Positions 53,850 through 63,067 of a DNA stretch of 64,000 nt are shown here, piece by piece. The translations under genes were made by a program, and so were the position numbers. Under the pieces are notes generated by a model, which worked only from the letters and a program-made list of their open reading frames with translations, was not told where the DNA came from and searched no databases. The stretch is taken from IMG/VR virus record IMGVR_UViG_3300032236_000747, positions 290,681 through 354,680 of that record; one strand, given 5' to 3'. Positions within the stretch are counted from its first letter, which is position 1, and every line of letters begins with the position of its first letter.

Positions 53850-55199
53850 ATGAAACCATCATTCAACGACAAACTAATAGCATATCTAGTATTATTCAGT
53901 GGACTGGCGATTTCCGGTGTAGCAGAATATTACTCCATTATGGGCCTAATGGCCATCTACCCTGCTGCACTTATTCCTATTGTTATCATGGGTGTAGTGC
54001 TAGGCATTGGGAAGATTAGCGGAACTGTTTGGCTCAAACAAAACTGGGAATGGTCACCGTTCTTTCTTAAAGCATATGTGTTACCTGCTATTGTTGTCTT
54101 GATGTTGATTACAAGTTTAGGTGTATTTGGTTTCCTAAGTAAAGCACACAGTGATCAAAGTTTAGTTAGCGGTGATGTACTAAGTAAGATTGCGGTATAC
54201 GACGAAAAGATTAAGGTAGCAAAGGAAAATATCGATGCTAATCGCAAAGCTCTCAAACAGATGGATGAGTCTGTGGACCAAGTTATGGGTCGAAGTCAAG
54301 ACGAAAAAGGTGCGGACAAAGCGGTTGCGCTACGTAAAGGGCAGGCCAAAGAACGCACTCGATTACTTTCTGAGATTACAGCCGAACAGAAAGCTATTGC
54401 CCAGCTTAGTGAAGAACGGGCACCCATTGCCGCAGAAGTGCGTAAGGTGGAAGCAGAAGTTGGTCCGATAAAATACATTGCACACTTACTCTATGGAGAA
54501 AATCCAGATGCTAATATTCTTGAAAAAGCGGTTATTTGGGTCACTGTTCTTATTGTTATCGTTCTCGATCCTTTGGCTGTTGTCTTATTGTTAGCAAGTC
54601 AATACAGTTTCCAACGCTTCCGTGAATACGAAGAAAGTAGCTGGTTAGATGATCAAGCAGACGAGTTAACAGAAGCTTTTTATGTGGCAGATGTAGGAGA
54701 AAAACCTACAGCAGAAGAAAAAGTTCCTGAAGAGGAAGATCTCCTAGTTGAAAACGAACCAGAAAAGGCTTATCTAAAACAACCATTTGTGCATTTTAGA
54801 AATCTAACTCCTATGCCAGCGCCTTCAAATGATATTACATCTGGGTTTGGTAGGTCAGAGATTGTAGAGATTCCAGACATGGAACGTCCTGGCGATTACC
54901 TAACACCGCCCGACGATACTCCGAACTTTGAAGGTGTTAAGATAGACGGTGAGTGGGTACAAACAGGCCCAGCGATTGAGCCGGACCCATTTGAGGGCAA
55001 AGAATATGTAATGATGGATGGACAGCAAATGCATGTCAGTGCCGCTAGAACAGTACTTGCTCATAAAAATCGTGAAAACAGCGGATACGTTCAAAATGAA
55101 GAACAGGGCGAAGGCACTAAGTGGAACCGTGTTATCAGTGAAGCAGAATACAGAGACAAAATAAATGACAATAAAGATAACCCTAGTAACACCGCCTGA
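53850..55199 (+). CDS. Membrane protein with coiled-coil and acidic tail
   Basis: Three N-terminal TM helices, central coiled coil, further TM; TAAATA-N5-ATG. Confidence 0.75.
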   Translation: MKPSFNDKLIAYLVLFSGLAISGVAEYYSIMGLMAIYPAALIPIVIMGVVLGIGKISGTVWLKQNWEWSPFFLKAYVLPAIVVLMLITSLGVFGFLSKAHSDQSLVSGDVLSKIAVYDEKIKVAKENIDANRKALKQMDESVDQVMGRSQDEKGADKAVALRKGQAKERTRLLSEITAEQKAIAQLSEERAPIAAEVRKVEAEVGPIKYIAHLLYGENPDANILEKAVIWVTVLIVIVLDPLAVVLLLASQYSFQRFREYEESSWLDDQADELTEAFYVADVGEKPTAEEKVPEEEDLLVENEPEKAYLKQPFVHFRNLTPMPAPSNDITSGFGRSEIVEIPDMERPGDYLTPPDDTPNFEGVKIDGEWVQTGPAIEPDPFEGKEYVMMDGQQMHVSAARTVLAHKNRENSGYVQNEEQGEGTKWNRVISEAEYRDKINDNKDNPSNTA

Positions 55200-55566
55200 T
55201 ATATACCAGAACGACAATGAGGGTATATTTTTAGCCAACTTATCAGAAGATGAACAAACAGCAGCCACACAGTGGTTGAGCAAGTTTGAAACCGAGCAAG
55301 ATATTAATATATACTTCTATCAAGGTGAGGTAGAAGTGCCTTGGTTTTTGCACAGCATGGCCGCCAGCAAGTATAAGTACATTGAGCTAGATACTAAAAT
55401 AGACGTCGGACTATTATTAGCAGGTTACTTGTTAGGTAAACCAAATACATTTTATGCTAGTAAAAATCCCAACATTTTAGCTGTTTACAATCACATCAAT
55501 CAAAATCAAGTTAGGGGTGTGGTTGAATTTTTTGAAAGAACACTAGGTGCAGAAAAACAACGATAA
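55165..55566 (+). CDS. Hypothetical protein
   Basis: 133 aa, precedes clpX. Confidence 0.65.
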   Translation: MTIKITLVTPPDIYQNDNEGIFLANLSEDEQTAATQWLSKFETEQDINIYFYQGEVEVPWFLHSMAASKYKYIELDTKIDVGLLLAGYLLGKPNTFYASKNPNILAVYNHINQNQVRGVVEFFERTLGAEKQR

Positions 55567-56788
55567 TAATCACAGTTGTGATTTTTGTGGGAAAAGTAAA
55601 GACGATGTAGAAAAACTTATAGTAGGAGAAAGCTCTGCTATATGTAATGACTGTGTTGAACTTTGCGTAGACATCCTCAAGGATGATAAAGTTAAAAAGT
55701 TTCCAGCAGATGAAACTAAACAACTATTCAATCCTGTGTCCATTAAAGACTTTCTTGACAACTATATCATTGGACAAGACGAAGCTAAGATTGCTATCAG
55801 TGTTGCTGTATGCCAACACTTTAAGCGCATTAACAATCCCAATAAAGATATACAGTTAGAAAAGACCAACGTATTAATGATGGGTCCGACTGGTTGTGGT
55901 AAAACACTAATGGCCAAGAAGATAGCTGAATATCTAGATCTACCATTTGCTATATGTGATGCTACAGGTATAACTGAAGCAGGATACGTAGGTGACGATG
56001 TGGAAAGCGTTCTAACACGTTTATTAAATGCCGCTGACGGAGATGTTGAAAAAGCACAGCGTGGCATTGTTTATATCGACGAAATCGATAAGCTAAGTCG
56101 TAAAGGTGAAAACGTTAGTACCACAAGAGATGTAGGCGGAGAGGGCGTCCAGCAAGCTCTACTTAAAATGGTAGAAGGCACTATCATGCGTTTGCCCAGC
56201 GATAATAAACGCAAGCACCCCAGGGGTGAAATGAACGAAATCGATACAAGTCAAATCTTGTTTATCTGCGGTGGGGCTTTTGTTGGCTTAGATAAGATTA
56301 TTCAAAAGCGTACAAGTTCCAGTAGCATTGGATTCCACGGTACTCCAACTAAGAAAGACGAAGTGTTGGCTAGCTATCATGATGTTACTACCAAAGATTT
56401 GATTAACTTTGGACTTATTCCTGAGTTTATTGGACGCTTTGGTCTTATCACAGCAGTTGACGAGCTAGGCGAAACTCAGTTAATATCTATTCTAAAAGAA
56501 CCTAAGAATAGTTTGATATCGCAATATCAATATCTGTTTCAGTTAGATGGCGTAGAACTAGCATTTGAAGATACAGCATATTCTGCTATTGCTGACAAAG
56601 CCAAAGAGATGAAGACTAATGCTAGGGGCTTAAAGAGCATTTTAGAAAAAACATTATTGCCCTATCAGTTTGAAGCTATCGATCTTGTAGCACGAGGTTT
56701 AACAAAGATTGTTATAAGTAAAGATACAGTAGAAGGAAAACCTGCTACACTTATATTTGAACAACAGAATGAGAAAACCAAACAGTAA
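55547..56788 (+). CDS. clpX: ClpX AAA+ unfoldase
   Basis: CDFCGK zinc domain, [34 protein letters not shown] loop. Confidence 0.97.
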   Translation: MQKNNDNNHSCDFCGKSKDDVEKLIVGESSAICNDCVELCVDILKDDKVKKFPADETKQLFNPVSIKDFLDNYIIGQDEAKIAISVAVCQHFKRINNPNKDIQLEKTNVLMMGPTGCGKTLMAKKIAEYLDLPFAICDATGITEAGYVGDDVESVLTRLLNAADGDVEKAQRGIVYIDEIDKLSRKGENVSTTRDVGGEGVQQALLKMVEGTIMRLPSDNKRKHPRGEMNEIDTSQILFICGGAFVGLDKIIQKRTSSSSIGFHGTPTKKDEVLASYHDVTTKDLINFGLIPEFIGRFGLITAVDELGETQLISILKEPKNSLISQYQYLFQLDGVELAFEDTAYSAIADKAKEMKTNARGLKSILEKTLLPYQFEAIDLVARGLTKIVISKDTVEGKPATLIFEQQNEKTKQ

Positions 56789-57002
56789 ACGAGGCTTGGC
56801 AGTTGAAGTAAGAGACGACAATGTTAATGTTGCTCTTAGGAAATTCAAAAGAAAGATAGACGATAGTGAACGTTTGATAGATTATCTTGCACACGAGTTC
56901 TATGAGAAACCAACTACTGAACGCAAACGTAAAGCAGGCGCTGCCAAAGCCCGCTGGAAAAAGAAACTAAGAGAACAACAGTTACCTAAGAAACTATACT
57001 AA
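56769..57002 (+). CDS. rpsU: Ribosomal protein S21
   Basis: [11 protein letters not shown]...[14 protein letters not shown]. Confidence 0.9.
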   Translation: MRKPNSKRGLAVEVRDDNVNVALRKFKRKIDDSERLIDYLAHEFYEKPTTERKRKAGAAKARWKKKLREQQLPKKLY

Positions 57003-57007
57003 AAGTA

Positions 57008-57901
57008 ATGAAGCAGTACCACATTATTTGTAGCGACAATGTTTCCGCTTTGGCACAACTGCCTGAGAATAGCATTGATGCCTGTATCACTGATCCTCCA
57101 TACGGCATGGATATTGCGGGCGCAGGATGGGATAAGAATGTCCCTCCAAGAGCAACTTGGGAAGCTGTATTTCGTGTGCTCAAGCCCGGCGCATTTGTAC
57201 TAAGCTTCTGTAATCCAGAGTTCTATCATAGAATGGCCGTAAACGTAGAAGACGCAGGATTTATTCCTAAAGATATGATTATCTGGATGGTCACTACAAA
57301 GATGGCCAAGGCAAACAGACTTAAGCCAGCACACGAGCCTATATTTGTAGCACAGAAGCCCCTAGACGGTACCATTGAAAATAATGTAGCTACATGGGGA
57401 TGCGGGCGCATTAACACAACTACTACTCGTGTACCTTGGGACGGCAAACCTCCCAAAGGATGGATCAAGGGAGGAGTTAAGCGCAGAGCATTCGGCGGTG
57501 ATGTTGCTAAGGCAGCAGACGCAGTCACCGAAACTGAAGACGCTAATCCAAATGGCCGTTATCCCACAGATATTATTGGTCATTTTGACGAACCCGATCA
57601 TCAAAAGTATTTCTATGCTCCTAGAGCAACACGCAAAGAACGTGGAGAGTATAATGACCATCCTACTCCCAAACCTATTAATCTAATGCGTTATCTGTGT
57701 AGAGTGTATGCTCCTCAAGGCGGAGTAGTGCTTGACCCATTCATGGGCAGTGGTAGCACAGGCATTGCTGCTCTACAAGAGGGCATGGAGTTCTACGGTA
57801 TAGATTTAAGTCAACATTACTGCGATATTGTACACAAACGTATTACAGATCATGTTGTAAATCAGTTGCCCGCTGATAAACTATTTGACTACGAACCCTA
57901 A
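57008..57901 (+). CDS. DNA N6-adenine/N4-cytosine methyltransferase (beta class)
   Basis: DPPY motif IV, HPTPKP, VLDPFMGSGSTG motif I. Confidence 0.93.
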   Translation: MKQYHIICSDNVSALAQLPENSIDACITDPPYGMDIAGAGWDKNVPPRATWEAVFRVLKPGAFVLSFCNPEFYHRMAVNVEDAGFIPKDMIIWMVTTKMAKANRLKPAHEPIFVAQKPLDGTIENNVATWGCGRINTTTTRVPWDGKPPKGWIKGGVKRRAFGGDVAKAADAVTETEDANPNGRYPTDIIGHFDEPDHQKYFYAPRATRKERGEYNDHPTPKPINLMRYLCRVYAPQGGVVLDPFMGSGSTGIAALQEGMEFYGIDLSQHYCDIVHKRITDHVVNQLPADKLFDYEP

Positions 57902-57913
57902 GTGTGTTATAAT
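57885..57913 (+). promoter_or_regulatory. Sigma70-like promoter
   Basis: TTGACT-N17-TATAAT with TG extension. Confidence 0.75.
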
Positions 57914-57939
57914 ATTATATACATTTTAGAAAGATACTC

Positions 57940-58470
57940 ATGGCAAAACATTTAATGGTTGACTTGGAAACTATGGCAGTTACCCCAAGAGCAACAATAC
58001 TTACACTAGGTGCAGTTCATTTTAATCCACACGGTAACGGTATCGGTGAACAGTTATACTTTCGCATTGACATTGATGCTCAGGATGCACTAGGTCGTGA
58101 AGTAGATCCAAACACTCTCGATTGGTGGAGCAAGCAAGATCCTGCTATCATGGAAGAAGCATTTAGTCCAGACAATCGTTTGCCGTTAGATGAAGCTGTT
58201 GACAAGTTTCATAAGTTTGCTTGGGGATGCGATGCGTTTTGGAGTCACGGTGCTGTGTTCGACTTAATCATTATTGAAGATTTGTATCGTCAAATGGGGC
58301 GTGTTCTTCCTTGGCAGTTCTGGCAATGTCGTGACACACGCACATTGTTTGATCTAGGATTTGACCCGGATATGCCACAAGGGGGCAAACACGATGCCTT
58401 ACAGGATGCTATAAGACAAGCAGTTGGTGTTCAAAATATGTACACTAAACTAAAAATCAGGCCTCGTTAA
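57940..58470 (+). CDS. DEDDh 3'-5' exonuclease (DUF5051/Rv2179c-like)
   Basis: MVDLETM, FDLII, RDTRT, HDALQDA. Confidence 0.88.
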   Translation: MAKHLMVDLETMAVTPRATILTLGAVHFNPHGNGIGEQLYFRIDIDAQDALGREVDPNTLDWWSKQDPAIMEEAFSPDNRLPLDEAVDKFHKFAWGCDAFWSHGAVFDLIIIEDLYRQMGRVLPWQFWQCRDTRTLFDLGFDPDMPQGGKHDALQDAIRQAVGVQNMYTKLKIRPR

Positions 58471-58521
58471 ACCTCAAGTTCCGGATTGGTACGTAGTTGC
58501 TGAGTATGCTGGAGAAGTTCG

Positions 58522-58785
58522 ATGAATCAACAAATTAAAAAACTTGCCGGTCGAGCATTAGACGCCTCAGTACCGCAAACTTGGACAACCTTGACTGCTT
58601 ACGATTTAAATAAGTTTACAGAAAAATTCGCCGAGTTGATTGTCAAGGAATGTATTGAACGAATTACCACATATGATTTGGTGCCCGGTCATTCTGCTAA
58701 ATGGGAAGACATTTACGATATTCATGCTAGGTTGTTACAAGACTTAGGCGAAGATTTGAAAGAACATTTCGGAGTTGAAGAATGA
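58522..58785 (+). CDS. Hypothetical protein, FAELIV-EC/HFGVEE family
   Basis: Paralog of 58967-59203. Confidence 0.7.
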   Translation: MNQQIKKLAGRALDASVPQTWTTLTAYDLNKFTEKFAELIVKECIERITTYDLVPGHSAKWEDIYDIHARLLQDLGEDLKEHFGVEE

Positions 58786-58970
58786 ACGAATATTTCACAA
58801 AACAAATTGAACAAGGTGCCACAGAAATGTTTTTCTATGGACTAGAACGACCGGAACCTTTTACTGTAAGCATTATGAGTCACAAAGGCTCATTGGATAC
58901 ATTTCCTACCAACTTGAAATATGTGCGTCATTTAACTGATGGTATGCCCTTGTTCAAGGAAACAGTATGA
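58782..58970 (+). CDS. Hypothetical protein
   Basis: ATGA overlaps. Confidence 0.6.
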   Translation: MNEYFTKQIEQGATEMFFYGLERPEPFTVSIMSHKGSLDTFPTNLKYVRHLTDGMPLFKETV

Positions 58971-59203
58971 ACGAACGAATTCAACAACTTGCTCTACAGG
59001 CTAGAGAATATGCTAATTCTAAAGAGCCATATGAAAAGATAAAAAACAAAGCCTGGATCGATGTTTATGATGAAAAGTTCGCCGAGTTGATTGTTCGTGA
59101 ATGTATCAACCAGTGTGCCGATAATGATAGCAATGACGAATGGGATAAAGGTGTTCGTTGGGCGGCGGCACAGATTAAACAACATTTCGGAGTCGAAGAA
59201 TGA
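58967..59203 (+). CDS. Hypothetical protein, FAELIV-EC/HFGVEE family
   Basis: Paralog of 58522-58785. Confidence 0.7.
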   Translation: MNERIQQLALQAREYANSKEPYEKIKNKAWIDVYDEKFAELIVRECINQCADNDSNDEWDKGVRWAAAQIKQHFGVEE

Positions 59204-60018
59204 TAACGATTAATCTAGTTTCGGATTTACATTTAGACGTCTCTGGGTATTTAGATTTACCAGGCGGGGATGTTCTCATTTTAGCAGGCGACATCTGTGA
59301 AGCGAAAGAACTACACAAAGAGTTTCATAGTACTAAAGTAGTAGATCGAGAGCCCGGCGCTTTTCCCTGCCACGATTTCTTCGAGTTTGTCGTTCCACGC
59401 TATAAAAAAGTCTTTATGGTAATGGGCAATCACGAACACTATCGCGGCCGCTTTGACAAGACCTATAATCAACTTAAATCTATTCTTCCGCCTAATGTAA
59501 CTCTATTAGAAAACGAAGTAGTAGAATACGAAGGTGTGATGTTCCTTGGTGCTACATTGTGGACTGACCTTAACAAAGGCGATCCTATTACTGTGTATAC
59601 TATCAAGAATATGATGAATGAGTACAAGTGTGTGCAGAACTTCTATGAAGAAAAAGGTCTGTATCATAAACTGACTCCTGACCATACCGCCATGGTTCAT
59701 AGAGAAACCAAAGCGTATTTTAAAAAAGTTCTAGAAGAACACAAAGATAAACCTTTTGTTGTTATCACACACATGGCTCCTAGTTTCCAAAGCGTAAACT
59801 GGAAGTATGAAGGTCAAACAACCAGCAACGGTGGTTACTGTTCTAGCATGGAAGAGTTTATTTTGGATCACGAAAACATCAAAGTTTGGGTACACGGTCA
59901 TGTGCATGATCCGGTAGATTACACAATCGGTTGGGCCCGTGTACTTTGTAATCCACGTGGCTACCTACCTTGGGAAGCCGGTAATGGATTTGACCCAACA
60001 TTTACATTTGATATATGA
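59200..60018 (+). CDS. Calcineurin-like metallophosphoesterase
   Basis: SDLH, AGD, GNHE, THMAP, HGHVH motifs. Confidence 0.93.
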   Translation: MITINLVSDLHLDVSGYLDLPGGDVLILAGDICEAKELHKEFHSTKVVDREPGAFPCHDFFEFVVPRYKKVFMVMGNHEHYRGRFDKTYNQLKSILPPNVTLLENEVVEYEGVMFLGATLWTDLNKGDPITVYTIKNMMNEYKCVQNFYEEKGLYHKLTPDHTAMVHRETKAYFKKVLEEHKDKPFVVITHMAPSFQSVNWKYEGQTTSNGGYCSSMEEFILDHENIKVWVHGHVHDPVDYTIGWARVLCNPRGYLPWEAGNGFDPTFTFDI

Positions 60019-60242
60019 CCGCCGACTGGGGCGCCAAAGACAAATACAATGACTATCCTTACAAGATAGAAATATTTCCCATGGGCGGGCTCAAGGATAG
60101 TTGGGCACGTCAAGGTTGGTGTGCTGACAATGTAGGCGAAAGAGAAGAAGCCTGGGATTTTTACAGCGAACGATATGATCAGCAGGTATATGTATTTGCT
60201 AGACAGAAAGATGCTGTTAACTTTGCTTTAATATGGGTGTAA
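60015..60242 (+). CDS. Small protein, F-x-L-x-W C-terminal family
   Basis: Ends DAVNFALIWV. Confidence 0.65.
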   Translation: MTADWGAKDKYNDYPYKIEIFPMGGLKDSWARQGWCADNVGEREEAWDFYSERYDQQVYVFARQKDAVNFALIWV

Positions 60243-60243
60243 A

Positions 60244-60534
60244 GTGATCTCAAGTATTGTATGGGGAAGAAGTATTGGTTGGAATCTTGATTTTAGAAGT
60301 TCAAAGAAAAAAGGAATGGAATACACAATCATAGTAGATGGCCCAGGCTGTTATCCTTGGACCAAACATTTTGCTTGGCTTCCAGTTAAAACAATCACAG
60401 GTCTACGTGCTTGGGGTGTTACAGTTTACAAACGTAGGGTGTGGTTAGTGTGGGGCACAGGATTCCACATGGAACCACATGTAGAGTATGCTACATTATT
60501 TGAAGTACTAGCAGATGGCAGACGCGGTTACTAA
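60244..60534 (+). CDS. Small Trp-rich protein (FAWxPV family)
   Basis: KHFAWLPVK...EYATLFEVL; paralog of 60999. Confidence 0.65.
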   Translation: MISSIVWGRSIGWNLDFRSSKKKGMEYTIIVDGPGCYPWTKHFAWLPVKTITGLRAWGVTVYKRRVWLVWGTGFHMEPHVEYATLFEVLADGRRGY

Positions 60535-60790
60535 ACACCATAAAAAACTTAAAGGTACAATTCCACCTGTGGTCTTGCCACCGGGCGAGCATTTTGTTAT
60601 ATTAACTAAAGCAGACGTTGATGGAGAGCCGTGGTACACTGTGCGTATAAGCCCTAAAGTCCGAGATTGGTTAGTTAAACAACCTACTAATCAATGGTAT
60701 GAGCATTTTGGTAACAACCACTATAGGGTTGCGTGTACCTTTGACCTTAGTGAAAAACTATATACAACTATGTTGTTAACTTGGCTATGA
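60515..60790 (+). CDS. Small protein, F-x-L-x-W C-terminal family
   Basis: Ends LYTTMLLTWL. Confidence 0.65.
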   Translation: MADAVTKHHKKLKGTIPPVVLPPGEHFVILTKADVDGEPWYTVRISPKVRDWLVKQPTNQWYEHFGNNHYRVACTFDLSEKLYTTMLLTWL

Positions 60791-61002
60791 AAAAAGTAAC
60801 ACTCACAGATAAGTCTCCCAACGAAGTTATTGACATTGTTCGTGCTTTGCGAGAAGAAGGTCTAGTACAAGGCACTAACTTTGATTTTGCTTATCATCAA
60901 AGCAAATGGGACGAAATGATAGGAGAAATTCCTACGCAGGCTACGTTTACATTTTATAATGACAAGTATGCTACATTTTTTATATTAAAATATTGTAAAT
61001 GA
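60787..61002 (+). CDS. Small protein, F-x-L-K-Y C-terminal family
   Basis: Ends YATFFILKYCK; ATGA-coupled. Confidence 0.65.
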   Translation: MKKVTLTDKSPNEVIDIVRALREEGLVQGTNFDFAYHQSKWDEMIGEIPTQATFTFYNDKYATFFILKYCK

Positions 61003-61205
61003 AAAAAGAAATATTTGTTGCTAGGAAAATAGAAATACTATCTTGGAAAAAATGGTTTGCTTGGTATCCTGTAAAGATACACGGAAAAAGGGTATGGCTT
61101 AAAAATGTATATCGTCGTTGCATTAACACCTATGTTGATTACGATGATTGGAGTCGTTATGAGTATGGTACTTTATTTGATATATTGAAAGAAGACATAA
61201 CATGA
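60999..61205 (+). CDS. Small Trp-rich protein (FAWxPV family)
   Basis: KWFAWYPVK...EYGTLFDIL. Confidence 0.65.
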   Translation: MKKEIFVARKIEILSWKKWFAWYPVKIHGKRVWLKNVYRRCINTYVDYDDWSRYEYGTLFDILKEDIT

Positions 61206-61501
61206 AAGTTAACCCTAAAATAGAAGATGCTTTTCTTCCCATGTACGAAGATGATATTATTCCTCTTGAAGAAATAAAGAAAAAACGTGATCGATATTGG
61301 GCCATGTTGCGCAGAGCTAAAAACGAGTATTTAAGTCTAGTAGACGGCACAGAGTACAACGATGGTATTAATGGTTTCTATTATTTCATGCAGCAGAACT
61401 ACGGTCTTCAACCAGAGTTGATTGACGGCAACCTAGGATCAACGTATAATATAGTTGACGAAAAGAAATATCTATTGTTTTTACTAAAGTACGGATCATA
61501 G
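61202..61501 (+). CDS. Small protein ending in TAG, in frame with next ORF
   Basis: Ends KKYLLFLLKYGS-TAG-GCA-ACC-GCC-ATG. Confidence 0.7.
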   Translation: MKVNPKIEDAFLPMYEDDIIPLEEIKKKRDRYWAMLRRAKNEYLSLVDGTEYNDGINGFYYFMQQNYGLQPELIDGNLGSTYNIVDEKKYLLFLLKYGS

Positions 61502-61510
61502 GCAACCGCC

Positions 61511-61759
61511 ATGGAGTTAAAAATAAGTGAAGGTCGTGTATACGGTTCACGATATTATACAGTTGAAGTTGTTACTGGTCTGTTCTCCAGAGAAAAACTA
61601 ATAAAGATAGACGATGTAAAAAACTGGGTCACTGAAGCATTTGGCTCAACCTCTGCAAAAAGTATATTAGAACCCGGTAGCCGATGGTATTATACCTATG
61701 ATACTTTCTGGTTTCGTAATCAGAAAGATCTAACATTATTTGTGTTGAGATGGTCATGA
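61511..61759 (+). CDS. Small protein, LRWS family
   Basis: Ends KDLTLFVLRWS. Confidence 0.7.
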   Translation: MELKISEGRVYGSRYYTVEVVTGLFSREKLIKIDDVKNWVTEAFGSTSAKSILEPGSRWYYTYDTFWFRNQKDLTLFVLRWS

Positions 61760-61947
61760 GAGTTTTAAATAAAAAATACTGGCCTCACCAGTTCAATGTT
61801 AATCCCGATAAAATATCCGAAGCACGTAAATGGTGCTATAGTAGTTTTAAAAGCGGCAACTGGAAATCGTTTGATGTCGGTAATAATACAAAGTTTGCTT
61901 TTAAAAGAGGCATCGATGCTACTATGTTTTCACTGAGGTGGTCATGA
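61756..61947 (+). CDS. Small protein, LRWS family
   Basis: Ends DATMFSLRWS. Confidence 0.7.
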   Translation: MRVLNKKYWPHQFNVNPDKISEARKWCYSSFKSGNWKSFDVGNNTKFAFKRGIDATMFSLRWS

Positions 61948-62192
61948 AACCCGATAAACTAGAAACAATATTGGCACGAGCCGTATTAGAAGTAGGAGTA
62001 GGACGAAATGGTCGTTGGCAACTTACACCGGAGGCAAGGGTAATCACTGGCAATCCAAAATATGATGCACAAATTCATCATGTGTTGGTTGAGTATGGTA
62101 TAGAAGTAAAGTTAGACAAAAATAACAATATGGAAGATTACCGTGTAGTTGATGAAAAAAAGTTTATAATGTTTTTACTGAGGTGGTCATGA
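61944..62192 (+). CDS. Small protein, LRWS family
   Basis: Ends KKFIMFLLRWS. Confidence 0.7.
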   Translation: MKPDKLETILARAVLEVGVGRNGRWQLTPEARVITGNPKYDAQIHHVLVEYGIEVKLDKNNNMEDYRVVDEKKFIMFLLRWS

Positions 62193-62581
62193 TTGAGTGG
62201 ATTAAAGATAAATGGCTTACCTGGCGCACAGGCAAGGACAAAGATCAGCGTGATTGGGAAGCGTGGTATGAAACTAATGTAGTTTATCGTGCGTCTACAA
62301 TCCCTAACATGTTTATGAACTTTAAACATGTTATTGAAGTTTCACACGAAAAGTTTTTAGACTACTGCGAACCATTTGACTGGGTCCCTTGCGAAGATGC
62401 ACTACAATACTTCTGGCCACAACGCGAACTAGGCAATAACGCTGTCTGGAGATTTGAACGAGTCATTTGGGACAAGTGGGAACAAAGATGGCACATAAGC
62501 TCACTCGGCGACGAAGACAAAGTGTTTGTAGCAACAAATAATCAACGAGATGCTGTAATGATAGCATTAAAATATGCATGA
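62189..62581 (+). CDS. Hypothetical protein, same C-terminal family
   Basis: Ends RDAVMIALKYA. Confidence 0.7.
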   Translation: MIEWIKDKWLTWRTGKDKDQRDWEAWYETNVVYRASTIPNMFMNFKHVIEVSHEKFLDYCEPFDWVPCEDALQYFWPQRELGNNAVWRFERVIWDKWEQRWHISSLGDEDKVFVATNNQRDAVMIALKYA

Positions 62582-62784
62582 AACTCAAAGTTAAATCATT
62601 GAGCTCTATAGAACAGTGGTGCGAAAAGCATCTGGGCCCACGGTTATACTATATTCATGATCGTCGAGGTGGCATGGTATGGAGAATAAAAAAGGATCCT
62701 GCGGGCGGCTGGGAACTAGAAATAGACAATGACCATCAAGCACTATTGTTGATATTAAAATTCAGTGATGAAATATCAACCTAA
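62578..62784 (+). CDS. Small protein, same C-terminal family
   Basis: QALLLILKF near the C-terminus. Confidence 0.65.
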   Translation: MKLKVKSLSSIEQWCEKHLGPRLYYIHDRRGGMVWRIKKDPAGGWELEIDNDHQALLLILKFSDEIST

Positions 62785-63067
62785 CGAATCCTATGATGAA
62801 TGGGCTACCCGAGTTTCTATGTATGAAAAGGGTAGAGCTCTTCAGCGAATCGCCAGCGGAGAAAACATAGAAGAAGTAATGGAAGAAATGAGTCGTAGAA
62901 TCACTGACAAACTATTACATCCAATCCGCAAAGTTATAACAGAATCCGGACCTAAAACAACCGAAGCAGAAATGGAAGAAAGCAGGCAACGTTATAAAGC
63001 AGAAATGGATAAAAAAGGGCTAACTGCTGATCAAGTTGATGGCCAAATATTTGACAAAAATCAATAA
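62768..63067 (+). CDS. Hypothetical protein (C-terminal half resembles the glutamyl-tRNA reductase dimerisation helix, tentative)
   Basis: EEMSRRITDKLLHP motif. Confidence 0.5.
   Translation: MKYQPNESYDEWATRVSMYEKGRALQRIASGENIEEVMEEMSRRITDKLLHPIRKVITESGPKTTEAEMEESRQRYKAEMDKKGLTADQVDGQIFDKNQ

Noticed and set aside
55511-55549. TAG immediately before the clpX GTG as another readthrough site
   Set aside because: The upstream frame has no convincing start, contains another TAG at 55478, and overlaps the preceding gene; GTG gives a normal-length ClpX N-terminus
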